From Rathayibacter sp. VKM Ac-2760 (GTDB lineage: Bacteria > Actinomycetota > Actinomycetes > Actinomycetales > Microbacteriaceae), in NCBI RefSeq assembly GCF_009834185.1, contig NZ_CP047173.1, forward strand, positions 1,391,725-1,455,724: a stretch of 64,000 nt of DNA, in the 5' to 3' direction. The notes under the pieces were generated by a model. The model searched no databases, was not told the origin of the DNA, and was given only the letters and a program-made list of their open reading frames with translations. Below are positions 8,707 through 17,028 of the stretch, piece by piece (position 1 is the first letter of the stretch; the number at the start of each line of letters is the position of its first letter). The position numbers and the translations under genes were made by a program.

Positions 8707-9851
8707 CAGGCGCCGGCGGTCTTCAGCACGCCGCAGGCGCCGCAGGCCGCGCAGCCCGCCTTCTGGCCGGAGGAGAGCATCCCCGCCGCGATCAGCAGCG
8801 CGGCGACCTGCTCGCTCACCTTCTCCAGCAGCGAGCCGGCCGGCGGCAGGACGTGGTCCACCTCCGTCGCGAGCGTGCCCCTGAGCGGCCGGAACGGCAC
8901 CACGAACGGGTAGATCCCGCGCTCGATCAGCTCGCCGGCGCTCGCGACCAGCTCGTCGGGATCCTCGCCGAGGCCGACGAGCAGGTAGGTCGAGACCTGG
9001 TTGCGGCCGAAGATCCGCACCGCCTCGTCCCAGGCCTCCCAGTACTTCGCGGTCGAGACGCGCGCCTTGCCGGGGGTCCAGCGGCGGCGGATGTCGTCGT
9101 CCATCGACTCGATGTGGATGCCGATCGAGAGGGCGCCGGCGTCCTTCAGCTCCTGCAGCGCGGCGAGGTCCTCCGGCGGCTCGCACTGCACCTGGATCGG
9201 CAGCCCGGGCACGGCCTCGAGCACAGCGCGGACGCAGCGGGCGAGGTGCCGGGCGCCGCGGTCGCGACCCTTCGAGGTGCCGGTGGTCATCACCATCTGG
9301 CGGATGCCGTCCAGCCGGGCGGCTGCCTCGGCGACCTCGGCGAGCTGCGCGGGGGTCTTCACGGCGATGGTGGAGTCGTTGGCGAGCGAGGCCTCGATCG
9401 CGCAGAAGCGGCAGCGCTCGGCCGCGTCGTAGCGCATGCAGGTCTGCACGACGGTGGTGGCGAGGATGTTCCGGCCGTGCAGGCGGGCGATCTTCTCGTA
9501 GGAGACGCCGTCGGCGGTGCTGAGGTCGTAGAAGCGCGGGCGCTTCACCGGCTCCACGTCGAGGCCGATGTCGGCGCCGTCGAGCAGGAGCCGGCCGTTG
9601 GTCACGGCGTAGGGGCTCTTCGGGTTGACGGGGATGGCGGCGCCGAGGCCGCCGAGCATCACGTGGCCGTCGTCGCTCGGGCCGGCGCCCGCCTCGCGGT
9701 GCACGGGGGCGTCGACGCGGATGCCCTGCAGGGCGATGTCGACGCGGGTGCGCAGGGCGGACGGGGCGGCTCCGCAGCCGGAGTCGGCGGGAGCGGTGTC
9801 GGTCGGGGCACTGTCGATGGTGCGGAGGCGGGGCATCTGCAGGTCGGTCAT
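8706..9851 (-). CDS. radical SAM protein, MSMEG_0568 / NitD family
   Basis: CRFCAIE Cys motif (radical SAM CxxxCxxC-like) and C-terminal GCAACGACG tail; position in Nit1C-type cluster. Confidence 0.8.
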   Translation of the reverse strand: MTDLQMPRLRTIDSAPTDTAPADSGCGAAPSALRTRVDIALQGIRVDAPVHREAGAGPSDDGHVMLGGLGAAIPVNPKSPYAVTNGRLLLDGADIGLDVEPVKRPRFYDLSTADGVSYEKIARLHGRNILATTVVQTCMRYDAAERCRFCAIEASLANDSTIAVKTPAQLAEVAEAAARLDGIRQMVMTTGTSKGRDRGARHLARCVRAVLEAVPGLPIQVQCEPPEDLAALQELKDAGALSIGIHIESMDDDIRRRWTPGKARVSTAKYWEAWDEAVRIFGRNQVSTYLLVGLGEDPDELVASAGELIERGIYPFVVPFRPLRGTLATEVDHVLPPAGSLLEKVSEQVAALLIAAGMLSSGQKAGCAACGACGVLKTAGA

Positions 9852-10017
9852 GGTGCTCCTCGGATTCTCGAGTCGAGCGGTGCGCGACGGCGAGTCCGAC
9901 GTCGTGAGCCTCCATTAGGTCAACGCGGTGTTTCGGAGCGATGACATCGGGAACGCGATCGTGTTACATCCGGCGGCCGCCCCGGAGCCCGCCCGGCGTC
10001 ACGCAGGCTTCTTCTGG

Positions 10018-10038
10018 CCGAAACCACTTCGAAACACG
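10018..10038. promoter_or_regulatory. candidate GlnR-type box (GAAAC-n6-GAAAC) in divergent promoter region of the Nit1C cluster
   Basis: sequence CCGAAACCACTTCGAAACACG in the 380-bp divergent intergenic region; resemblance to actinobacterial GlnR half-sites is inference only. Confidence 0.25.
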
Positions 10039-10229
10039 AGCGGCCTTGACTGGACGCAGTCGGGACGAACGCTCCCGACCCGGCCCCGTCGCTCCGCTCG
10101 CCCTCGAACCGCCCCGAGCGACGCCGGCCTCTGCATCACAGCACCGCCCGTTCCACCCGGCACTCCTGTCCCTGCACCACTCGCTCGCGCCCCGCCCGGC
10201 GCGCTCCTCACCGAACCCCGGAGGTTCCC

Positions 10230-10799
10230 ATGACCGACGACCAGACCACCCCCGCCGACGTCAGCACGGACGACCAGGCCGCGATCGAAGAGCAGATCAG
10301 CGCCAACATCGAGAAGTCGCGCGGCGAGATCGCGCACCCCTCGCTGCCCAAGGGCAGCAACCTCTACGGCTCCACCAAGGTCTTCCCCGACTACCAGGCC
10401 GAGCCCGGGCAGTCCTACTTCACCCTCGTGCACGGCATCGCGCACGAGTCCTCGGTCAGCTTCGTCGCGATCCTGCAGGCGACCCGCGCGGCCCGCAAGG
10501 GCTTCGAGTCGGCCGTCTACTTCTACGGCCCCGGCACGATCAACGCGATGGCGACCCGTGGCTTCCCGACGGTCGGCGACTCCGGCTTCCCGGGGGAGCA
10601 GAACATCAACGACGCCCTGAAGACCTTCATCGACGAGGGCAACCGCGTCTTCGTCTGCCGCTTCGGCATGGCGCTGCACGGCCTGCGCGAGGAGGACCTG
10701 ATCGAGGGCACCATCCCCTGCCACCCGCTCGACGTGCAGGACGCCGTCATCCACTACGCCCGCAAGGGCGCCATCATCAACTCGACCTACAACCTCTAG
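10230..10799 (+). CDS. Sll0783 / MSMEG_0572-family nitrogen-starvation-response protein (Nit1C Hp1/NitB-like)
   Basis: 189-aa ORF with good RBS (GGAGG), immediately upstream of nitrilase as in sll0783-sll0784. Confidence 0.6.
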   Translation: MTDDQTTPADVSTDDQAAIEEQISANIEKSRGEIAHPSLPKGSNLYGSTKVFPDYQAEPGQSYFTLVHGIAHESSVSFVAILQATRAARKGFESAVYFYGPGTINAMATRGFPTVGDSGFPGEQNINDALKTFIDEGNRVFVCRFGMALHGLREEDLIEGTIPCHPLDVQDAVIHYARKGAIINSTYNL

Positions 10800-10808
10800 G
10801 CCGCCGCC

Positions 10809-11687
10809 ATGACCGTCGTCGGATCGGTCGCGGCGAACTTCACCCGCGACCTCGATCAGAACTACGCGCTCATCGCCGCGCTGGCCGAGGAGGCCCGGGA
10901 GAAGCGGGTCGAGTTCCTCGTCCTGCCCGAGGCCGCGATCGGCGGCTACCTCTCCTCGCTCGGCAATCACGGCGACACCGTCAAGACGACGACCCGATCG
11001 ATGCCACCGGCGATCGCGCTGGACGGGCCGGAGCTGCGCCGGGTGCAGGAGATCGCGGGCGACCTGCTGGTCGCGATCGGCTTCTGCGAGCTCGACGAGG
11101 ACGGCGAGACCCGCTACAACGCGGCCGCCCTGCTCGACGGCGGGCAGATCTACGGCAGCTACCGCAAGGTGCACCAGCCGCTCGGCGAGCACATGTCCTA
11201 CTCGCCCGGGCCCGGCTACTCGGTCTTCGAGACGCCGGTCGGCCGGGTCGGGCTGCAGATCTGCTACGACAAGGCCTTCCCGGAGGCGGCCCGCTCGATG
11301 GCGCTGGACGGGGCGGAGATCATCGCCTCGCTCTCGGCCTGGCCGGCCGCGCGGACGGCGACGGCGGAGAACCTGCAGGAGGACCGCTGGACCTACCGCT
11401 TCAACCAGTTCGACATCGCGCGGGCCCTGGACAACCAGGTGTTCTGGCTGGCGTCGAACCAGTCCGGCACCTTCGGGTCGCTCCGCTACGTGGGCAACGC
11501 GAAGGTCGTCGATCCGGGCGGCAACATCCTCGCGACGACGCTGCTCGGCTCCGGCATGGCGGTCGCCGACATCGACGTGCGGGGCACCTTCGAGGCGATG
11601 CGCGGCGGGATGTTCCACCTGCGCGACCGCCGGCCGGACGCCTACGACATCGACCGCGTCTGGAGCGGAGGGCTGGTCCATGCCTGA
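10809..11687 (+). CDS. nitrilase, Nit6803/Nit1C family (carbon-nitrogen hydrolase)
   Basis: intact E-K-C triad contexts: LVLPEAAIGGY, YRKVH, LQICYDKAFPE. Confidence 0.85.
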   Translation: MTVVGSVAANFTRDLDQNYALIAALAEEAREKRVEFLVLPEAAIGGYLSSLGNHGDTVKTTTRSMPPAIALDGPELRRVQEIAGDLLVAIGFCELDEDGETRYNAAALLDGGQIYGSYRKVHQPLGEHMSYSPGPGYSVFETPVGRVGLQICYDKAFPEAARSMALDGAEIIASLSAWPAARTATAENLQEDRWTYRFNQFDIARALDNQVFWLASNQSGTFGSLRYVGNAKVVDPGGNILATTLLGSGMAVADIDVRGTFEAMRGGMFHLRDRRPDAYDIDRVWSGGLVHA

Positions 11688-12000
11688 GATGACCTTCCAC
11701 GTCCGCTGGCCGGACGGCGTCGAGGAGCGCTGCTACTCGCCGAGCCTGGTGATGCACGACTACCTCGCCGAGGGCGAGAGCTATCCGCTCGAGGACTTCG
11801 TCGGGCGCTCGACCGAGGCGCTGCGGCTGGCCAGCGAGCGGGTGCGCGCGAAGTTCGGCTTCGCCTGCACCTCCGCGCTGCAGCAGGAGTCGGAGATCGT
11901 CGCGGCCGCCGCGCGCTTCGACGGCGGGCGGGTGCGGGTGCTGGCGATGGATCCGCCGCTGCCGTCCGCTGCTCCGACCGTGCAGGGGACGCGCGCATGA
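11680..12000 (+). CDS. small MSMEG_0570-family protein (Nit1C Hp2/NitG-like)
   Basis: 106-aa ORF overlapping nitrilase stop and flavoprotein start; position conserved in cluster. Confidence 0.55.
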   Translation: MPEMTFHVRWPDGVEERCYSPSLVMHDYLAEGESYPLEDFVGRSTEALRLASERVRAKFGFACTSALQQESEIVAAAARFDGGRVRVLAMDPPLPSAAPTVQGTRA

Positions 12001-13271
12001 CCGCGCTCGAGAACGGCCGGCACCTGCCGGTCGCCGTGATCGGCGCCGGTCAGGCCGGGCTGTCGATCAGCCGCCTGCTCACGGACGAGGGCGTCGAGCA
12101 CCTCGTGATCGAGCGCGACACGATCGCGCACGACTGGCTCGACCGCCGCTGGGACAACTTCACCCTCGTCACGCCGAACTGGCAGTGCCGGCTCCCGGGT
12201 TACCCCTACGACGGCGACGACCCGCACGGCTTCATGACCCGCGACGAGGTGCACGCCTGGGTGCGGCGCTACGCGGAGTCGTTCGACGCTCCGGTCGTGG
12301 AGGACACCGAGGTGCTGCGGCTGCGCGAGGGCGCGGACGGGGCCTTCGAGATCGTCACCTCGCGCGGCACGATCACGGCCGACCAGGTCGTCGTCGCGAC
12401 CGGCGGCTACCACCGGCCGGTGCTGCCGGCGGTCGCGCACCGCATCCCGGACTCGGTCGTGCAGCTGCACTCGGCCGACTACCGCTCGGCCGCGGCGCTG
12501 CCCGAGGGCGGGGTGCTCGTGGTCGGCTCCGGCCAGTCCGGCGCGCAGATCGCGGAGGACCTCTTCCTCGAGGGGCGCGCCGTGCACCTGGCGCTGGGGA
12601 CCGCTCCGAGAGTCGCCCGGTTCTACCGCGGGCGGGACTGCGTCGCGTGGCTCGCCGACATGGGCGTCTACGACGTGCCGGTGCACGCGCAGGTGGGCGG
12701 GCTCTCGAAGCGGGAGTCGACCAATCACTACGTCACCGGGCGCGGCGGCGGGCGGGATATCGACCTGCGGGCGTTCGCGCGCGACGGGATGCACCTCTAC
12801 GGGCGGCTGCAGCAGGTCGACGGTGCGTCGCTCCGGTTCGCGCCGACGGCCGAGGCGTCGCTCGACTACGCGGACTCGGTCGCCGAGTCGATCAAGAACG
12901 ACATCGACGCCTACATCGAGCGCTCGGGCGTGCAGGCGCCGACCGAGGCCCGCTACACCCCGGTCTGGCGGCCGGAGCGCGAGATCGAGGAGCTGGACCT
13001 GGCGGCCGCCGGGATCACGAGCATCGTCTGGGCGGTCGGCTTCCGCGCCGACTACTCCTGGATGCAGATCGGCGTCTTCGACGGCGCCGGGCACCCCACC
13101 CACCGCCGCGGCGCGACCGCGGTGCCGGGGCTGCACTTCCTCGGGCTGCCGTGGCTGAACACCTGGGGCTCCGGCCGCTTCGAGGCGATCGCGCGGGATG
13201 CGGAGCACGTGGTGCAGCAGCTGCTCGGCGGCGCGCGGTTGGACCGGTTCGAGGGCGCCGCGGTACGGTGA
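11997..13271 (+). CDS. FAD/NAD(P)-binding oxidoreductase, MSMEG_0569 / NitH family
   Basis: two dinucleotide-binding motifs (VAVIGAGQAG; VLVVGSGQSGAQIAED), flavin monooxygenase-like. Confidence 0.8.
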   Translation: MTALENGRHLPVAVIGAGQAGLSISRLLTDEGVEHLVIERDTIAHDWLDRRWDNFTLVTPNWQCRLPGYPYDGDDPHGFMTRDEVHAWVRRYAESFDAPVVEDTEVLRLREGADGAFEIVTSRGTITADQVVVATGGYHRPVLPAVAHRIPDSVVQLHSADYRSAAALPEGGVLVVGSGQSGAQIAEDLFLEGRAVHLALGTAPRVARFYRGRDCVAWLADMGVYDVPVHAQVGGLSKRESTNHYVTGRGGGRDIDLRAFARDGMHLYGRLQQVDGASLRFAPTAEASLDYADSVAESIKNDIDAYIERSGVQAPTEARYTPVWRPEREIEELDLAAAGITSIVWAVGFRADYSWMQIGVFDGAGHPTHRRGATAVPGLHFLGLPWLNTWGSGRFEAIARDAEHVVQQLLGGARLDRFEGAAVR

Positions 13272-13352
13272 CGGCCGCGCGCTCGCCCCGGGCGCGCCTC
13301 CGGCCGCTCGTCCGGCCGCTCGTCCGGCCGGGCGGGGCGAGAGAAGAGGACC

Positions 13353-14207
13353 ATGTCGAGCATCACCCTGGCCGCGGTCGCGGCGCACTTCGGCCGCGAT
13401 CTCGAGCGCACCCTCGTCAAGCTGCCCGGCATGATCGCGAGCGCGCAGGAGCGCGGGATCGACCTGCTGGTGCTGCCCGACGCGACGCTCGGCGGCTACC
13501 TGCTCGACATGCACCACCCCGGCCCGGACGACCTGCCGCAGGCCGTGGAGGTCGACGGGCCGGAGGTCGCCGCGGTCGCGGCGATGGCGGGGGACACGAC
13601 GGTGTGCTTCGGCATCGCCGAGCGCGCGCTCGAGGGCGGCGAGGTCCGCCGCTACAACTCGGCGGTCTGCGTGCAGGGCGGCCGGGTGATCGGGACGCAC
13701 CGGAAGGTGCACCTGCCGCTGGGCGAATCGGAGGCGTACGCGGCGGGCGACGCGTTCCGCTCCTTCGACTCCGCGGTCGGGCGGATCGGGATGATGATCG
13801 ACTTCGACAAGACCTTCCCCGAGTCGGCGCGCTCGCTGGCGCTGGACGGGGCGGAGATCCTCTGCTGCCTCAGCGCCTGGCCGGCCAGCGTCACCGACCG
13901 GTCCGACCGGATCCGCAACGACCGGCAGGCGCACCTGTTCGACCTCTACGACTGCGCGCGCGCCGCCGAGAACCAGGTCTACCTGGTGTCCTCGAACCAG
14001 ACAGGCGTGCTCGGCGGGCTGCGCTTCCTCGGGCAGGCGAAGGTCGTCGATCCGGCCGGCGAGATCATCGCGAAGACGTGGGCGAAGGGCGGGCTCGCGG
14101 TCGCGACGGACGACGTGTCCGCGTCCGTGGCGCGAGCCCGGCGGAGCATGGACCACCTGCGGGACCGCGCCGTGCACGCGTACCACGGGGCGGCGCCCAC
14201 CGGCTGA
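13353..14207 (+). CDS. carbon-nitrogen hydrolase family protein, paralog of the nitrilase with degenerate catalytic triad (D-K-D)
   Basis: aligns to upstream nitrilase but has LVLPDATLGGY (Glu->Asp) and MIDFDKTFPE (Cys->Asp); Lys motif HRKVH retained. Confidence 0.8.
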   Translation: MSSITLAAVAAHFGRDLERTLVKLPGMIASAQERGIDLLVLPDATLGGYLLDMHHPGPDDLPQAVEVDGPEVAAVAAMAGDTTVCFGIAERALEGGEVRRYNSAVCVQGGRVIGTHRKVHLPLGESEAYAAGDAFRSFDSAVGRIGMMIDFDKTFPESARSLALDGAEILCCLSAWPASVTDRSDRIRNDRQAHLFDLYDCARAAENQVYLVSSNQTGVLGGLRFLGQAKVVDPAGEIIAKTWAKGGLAVATDDVSASVARARRSMDHLRDRAVHAYHGAAPTG

Positions 14208-14278
14208 CCCGGCCGGCCTGCCCGCCCGGCTGCCCGGCCCCGCTGCCCACCCGCCCGCTCGATCGAGAAGGAGACCCC

Positions 14279-15385
14279 GTGCGGATCGCGCAGCTGACCT
14301 ACTCCACCAGGCCCCGCGGCGGCGTGGTGCACACGCTCGCGCTCTCGGAGGCGCTGGCCCGGCGCGGGCACGAGGTGACCGTCTGGACGCTCGGCCGCGG
14401 CGGTGACTCCGCCTTCTTCCGCGCGGTCGATCCCGCCGTGGCGGTCCGGGTCGTGCCGTTCGCGGCGCGAGAGGGCGAGAGCGTCGGCGACCGGATCGTC
14501 CGCTCCCTCGATGCGCTCGCGGCCGGGCTCGCGGCGACGGGCGGGACGGAGTGGGACGTCGTGCACGCGCAGGACTGCATCTCGGCCAACGCCGCGCTCC
14601 GTGCCGGCGCCGCCGGACCGGGCGGGCTGCTGCGCACCGTGCACCACCTCGATGAGTTCACGACGCCGGCGCTGATCGACTGCCACGAGCGCGCGCTCAC
14701 CGGGCCGGCCGCGCTGCTCGCGGTCTCGGCGTCGGTCGCGGGCGACGTCGCCGCAGGCTGGGGCCGCGAGCCGACCGTGATCCCGAACGGCGTCGACGCC
14801 GCGCGCTTCGCCGCCGCCGCGGGCGGCCAGGGGGTCGCCGAGTGGCGGGCCGAGCTCGGCCGCTACGTGCTCGCGCTCGGCGGCATCGAGCCGCGGAAGG
14901 GCAGCGTCGACCTGCTGGCGGCGTTCGCGGGACTCGCGCCCGGCACGGTGCTCGTCTTCGGCGGCGGGGAGACGCTGTTCGACTACCGGGGCTATCGCGA
15001 GGAGTTCGAGCGCCGGGCGGCCGAGCTGGGGGTGACGCCGGTCGTGCTCGGCACGGTGCCCGAGGAGCGGCTCGCAGCGCTCGTCGCCGGCGCGGCGGTG
15101 CTCGGCTTCGTCTCGACCAAGGAGGGCTTCGGCCTCGCGGCGATGGAGGCGCTCGCCGCGGGGGTGCCGGTCGTCGCGCGCGATCTGCCGGTGCTGCGCG
15201 AGGTGTTCGGCGGGACGGTGGCGTACGGGAGCGACGTGGCGGGCATCCGGGCGGCGCTGGCCGCGGCGCTCGCGGGGGAGGCGCCGGACCCGCGGCCCGG
15301 GCGGGAGCTGGCCTTCTCGCACTCCTGGGACGACGTCGCCGCGAGCCACGAGGCCCTGTACCGGTCGCACGCGAGCGCCGCCTGA
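14279..15385 (+). CDS. GT4 glycosyltransferase, MSMEG_0565 family
   Basis: GTG start after GAGAAGGAGA RBS; GT4 E-x7-E region (EGFGLAAMEALAAGVPVV). Confidence 0.8.
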   Translation: MRIAQLTYSTRPRGGVVHTLALSEALARRGHEVTVWTLGRGGDSAFFRAVDPAVAVRVVPFAAREGESVGDRIVRSLDALAAGLAATGGTEWDVVHAQDCISANAALRAGAAGPGGLLRTVHHLDEFTTPALIDCHERALTGPAALLAVSASVAGDVAAGWGREPTVIPNGVDAARFAAAAGGQGVAEWRAELGRYVLALGGIEPRKGSVDLLAAFAGLAPGTVLVFGGGETLFDYRGYREEFERRAAELGVTPVVLGTVPEERLAALVAGAAVLGFVSTKEGFGLAAMEALAAGVPVVARDLPVLREVFGGTVAYGSDVAGIRAALAAALAGEAPDPRPGRELAFSHSWDDVAASHEALYRSHASAA

Positions 15386-16800
15386 TGCGCCGCTCGTTCT
15401 CGCGCTGCTTCTCGGCGCTCGCCGCGGAGGATCCCGAGCGGGTCGTGGTCGTCGCGGACGACGCGACGCTCACCGCGGGCGCCCTGGACCGGGCCTCGAA
15501 CCGGCTCGCGCGCGCCTACGCGGCGCGGGGCGTCACTCCGGACTCGCTCGTCGCGGTCTCGCTGCCGAACTCGGCCGAGCTGGTGCTGGCCTGCGCCGCG
15601 ATCTGGAAGGCGGGCGCGACGCCGCAGCCGCTCTCGCGCGGGCTCTCGGCGCGGGAGCTCGCCGAGGTCGGCGCGCTCGGGCGGCCCACGCTGAGCGTCG
15701 GCGTCGAGCTGGAGGGCGTGCCGTTCGTCCCCGCCGGCTTCGAGCCCGACCCGGCGCTGCCGGACGACGAGCTGCCGGATCTCCGGGCGGCGTCGTGGAA
15801 GGCGCCCGCCTCCTCCGGCAGCACCGGTCGGCCGAAGATCGTTCTCGCGGCGGCTCCCGCGCTGATGGACCCGACGCAGCCGGTCGCGGCCTTCCTGCCG
15901 CGGGAGGGGGTGCAGCTCGTGGCCGGGCCGCTCACCCACTCCGCGACCTTCACCTACGCGTTCCGCGGGCTCCTGACCGGGCAGCGGCTGGTGATCCTGC
16001 CGCGCTTCGACGAGGCGCGGGTGCTCGCCGCGATCGCGGCGCACCGGGTGACCTGGGCGCTGCTGGTGCCGACGATGATCCACCGGCTGCTGCGGACGCC
16101 CGCGCACCGGGACGCGGACGTGTCGTCGCTCGAGACGGTGCTGCACCTGGGCTCGCCGTGCCCGCCCGCGGACAAGCGCGCGCTGATCGACTGGGTCGGG
16201 GCGGAGAAGGTGGTCGAGGTCTACGCGGGCAGCGAGTCGAACGGGCTGACGATGATCCGCGGCGACGAGTGGCTGGAGCGGCCCGGCAGTGTCGGCCGGC
16301 CGATCGGCGGCACGGAGCTTCGGGTGCTGCGCCCGGACGGGACGGAGTGCGCGGTCGGTGAGCCGGGGCGGGTCTGGCTGAAGCGCGGCGAGCCGACCTA
16401 CCGCTACCTCGGCGGGGAGTCGAAGCGGACGGAGGACGGCTGGGACACGCTCGGCGACGTCGGCTCGGTCGACGCCGACGGCTACCTGACCGTGCTCGAC
16501 CGGGCCGACGACCTGATCCTGCGCGGCGGGGTGAACGTCTACCCGGCGGAGATCGAGCGGGTGCTGGAGGAGCACCCGGCGGTGCGCGGGGCGGTCGCGT
16601 ACGGCGTCCCGGATGCGGAGCTGGGCCAGGCGATCGAGGCGGTGGTCGACATCGCGGACGCCGCAGTGACGGCGGAGGAGCTGCTCGCCTTCGCGCGCGA
16701 GCACCTCGGCTCACGCGCGCCGCGGGCGCTGCGGCTCCAGCGCTCGCCGCTGCGCGACGACGCGGGCAAGGTGCGGCGCGCGGCGCTCGCGGACGACTGA
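15385..16800 (+). CDS. AMP-dependent synthetase/ligase (adenylate-forming enzyme)
   Basis: ATGA overlap with GT; motifs SSGSTGRPK, YAGSE, GWDTLGDVG, ILRGGVNVYP. Confidence 0.85.
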   Translation: MRRSFSRCFSALAAEDPERVVVVADDATLTAGALDRASNRLARAYAARGVTPDSLVAVSLPNSAELVLACAAIWKAGATPQPLSRGLSARELAEVGALGRPTLSVGVELEGVPFVPAGFEPDPALPDDELPDLRAASWKAPASSGSTGRPKIVLAAAPALMDPTQPVAAFLPREGVQLVAGPLTHSATFTYAFRGLLTGQRLVILPRFDEARVLAAIAAHRVTWALLVPTMIHRLLRTPAHRDADVSSLETVLHLGSPCPPADKRALIDWVGAEKVVEVYAGSESNGLTMIRGDEWLERPGSVGRPIGGTELRVLRPDGTECAVGEPGRVWLKRGEPTYRYLGGESKRTEDGWDTLGDVGSVDADGYLTVLDRADDLILRGGVNVYPAEIERVLEEHPAVRGAVAYGVPDAELGQAIEAVVDIADAAVTAEELLAFAREHLGSRAPRALRLQRSPLRDDAGKVRRAALADD

Positions 16801-16848
16801 GCAGCCGCGCAGGCGGGGCCCGCGAGTGGCCGCCGCCCGCAGGTCGCC

Positions 16849-16919
16849 GCACAACATCAGCTGAGAGGTGGGTCCCTCCCCCCACAGCGGAGGCCCTCCC
16901 TTCTCAGCTGATGTTGTGC
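16849..16919. repeat. palindromic intergenic repeat, family 2 (copy B)
   Basis: GCACAACATCAGCTGAGA ... TCTCAGCTGATGTTGTGC. Confidence 0.85.
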
Positions 16920-17028
16920 GGGGCTCGACGGCCGTCTCCGGTTTCGGAACGCCCCGGACGGGGAAGTGGAGGAGTGCCCCTTCCCCGGAGTCGTCCCGCG
17001 CGGCTCCGCAGCACCGAGAGGAACCCCC

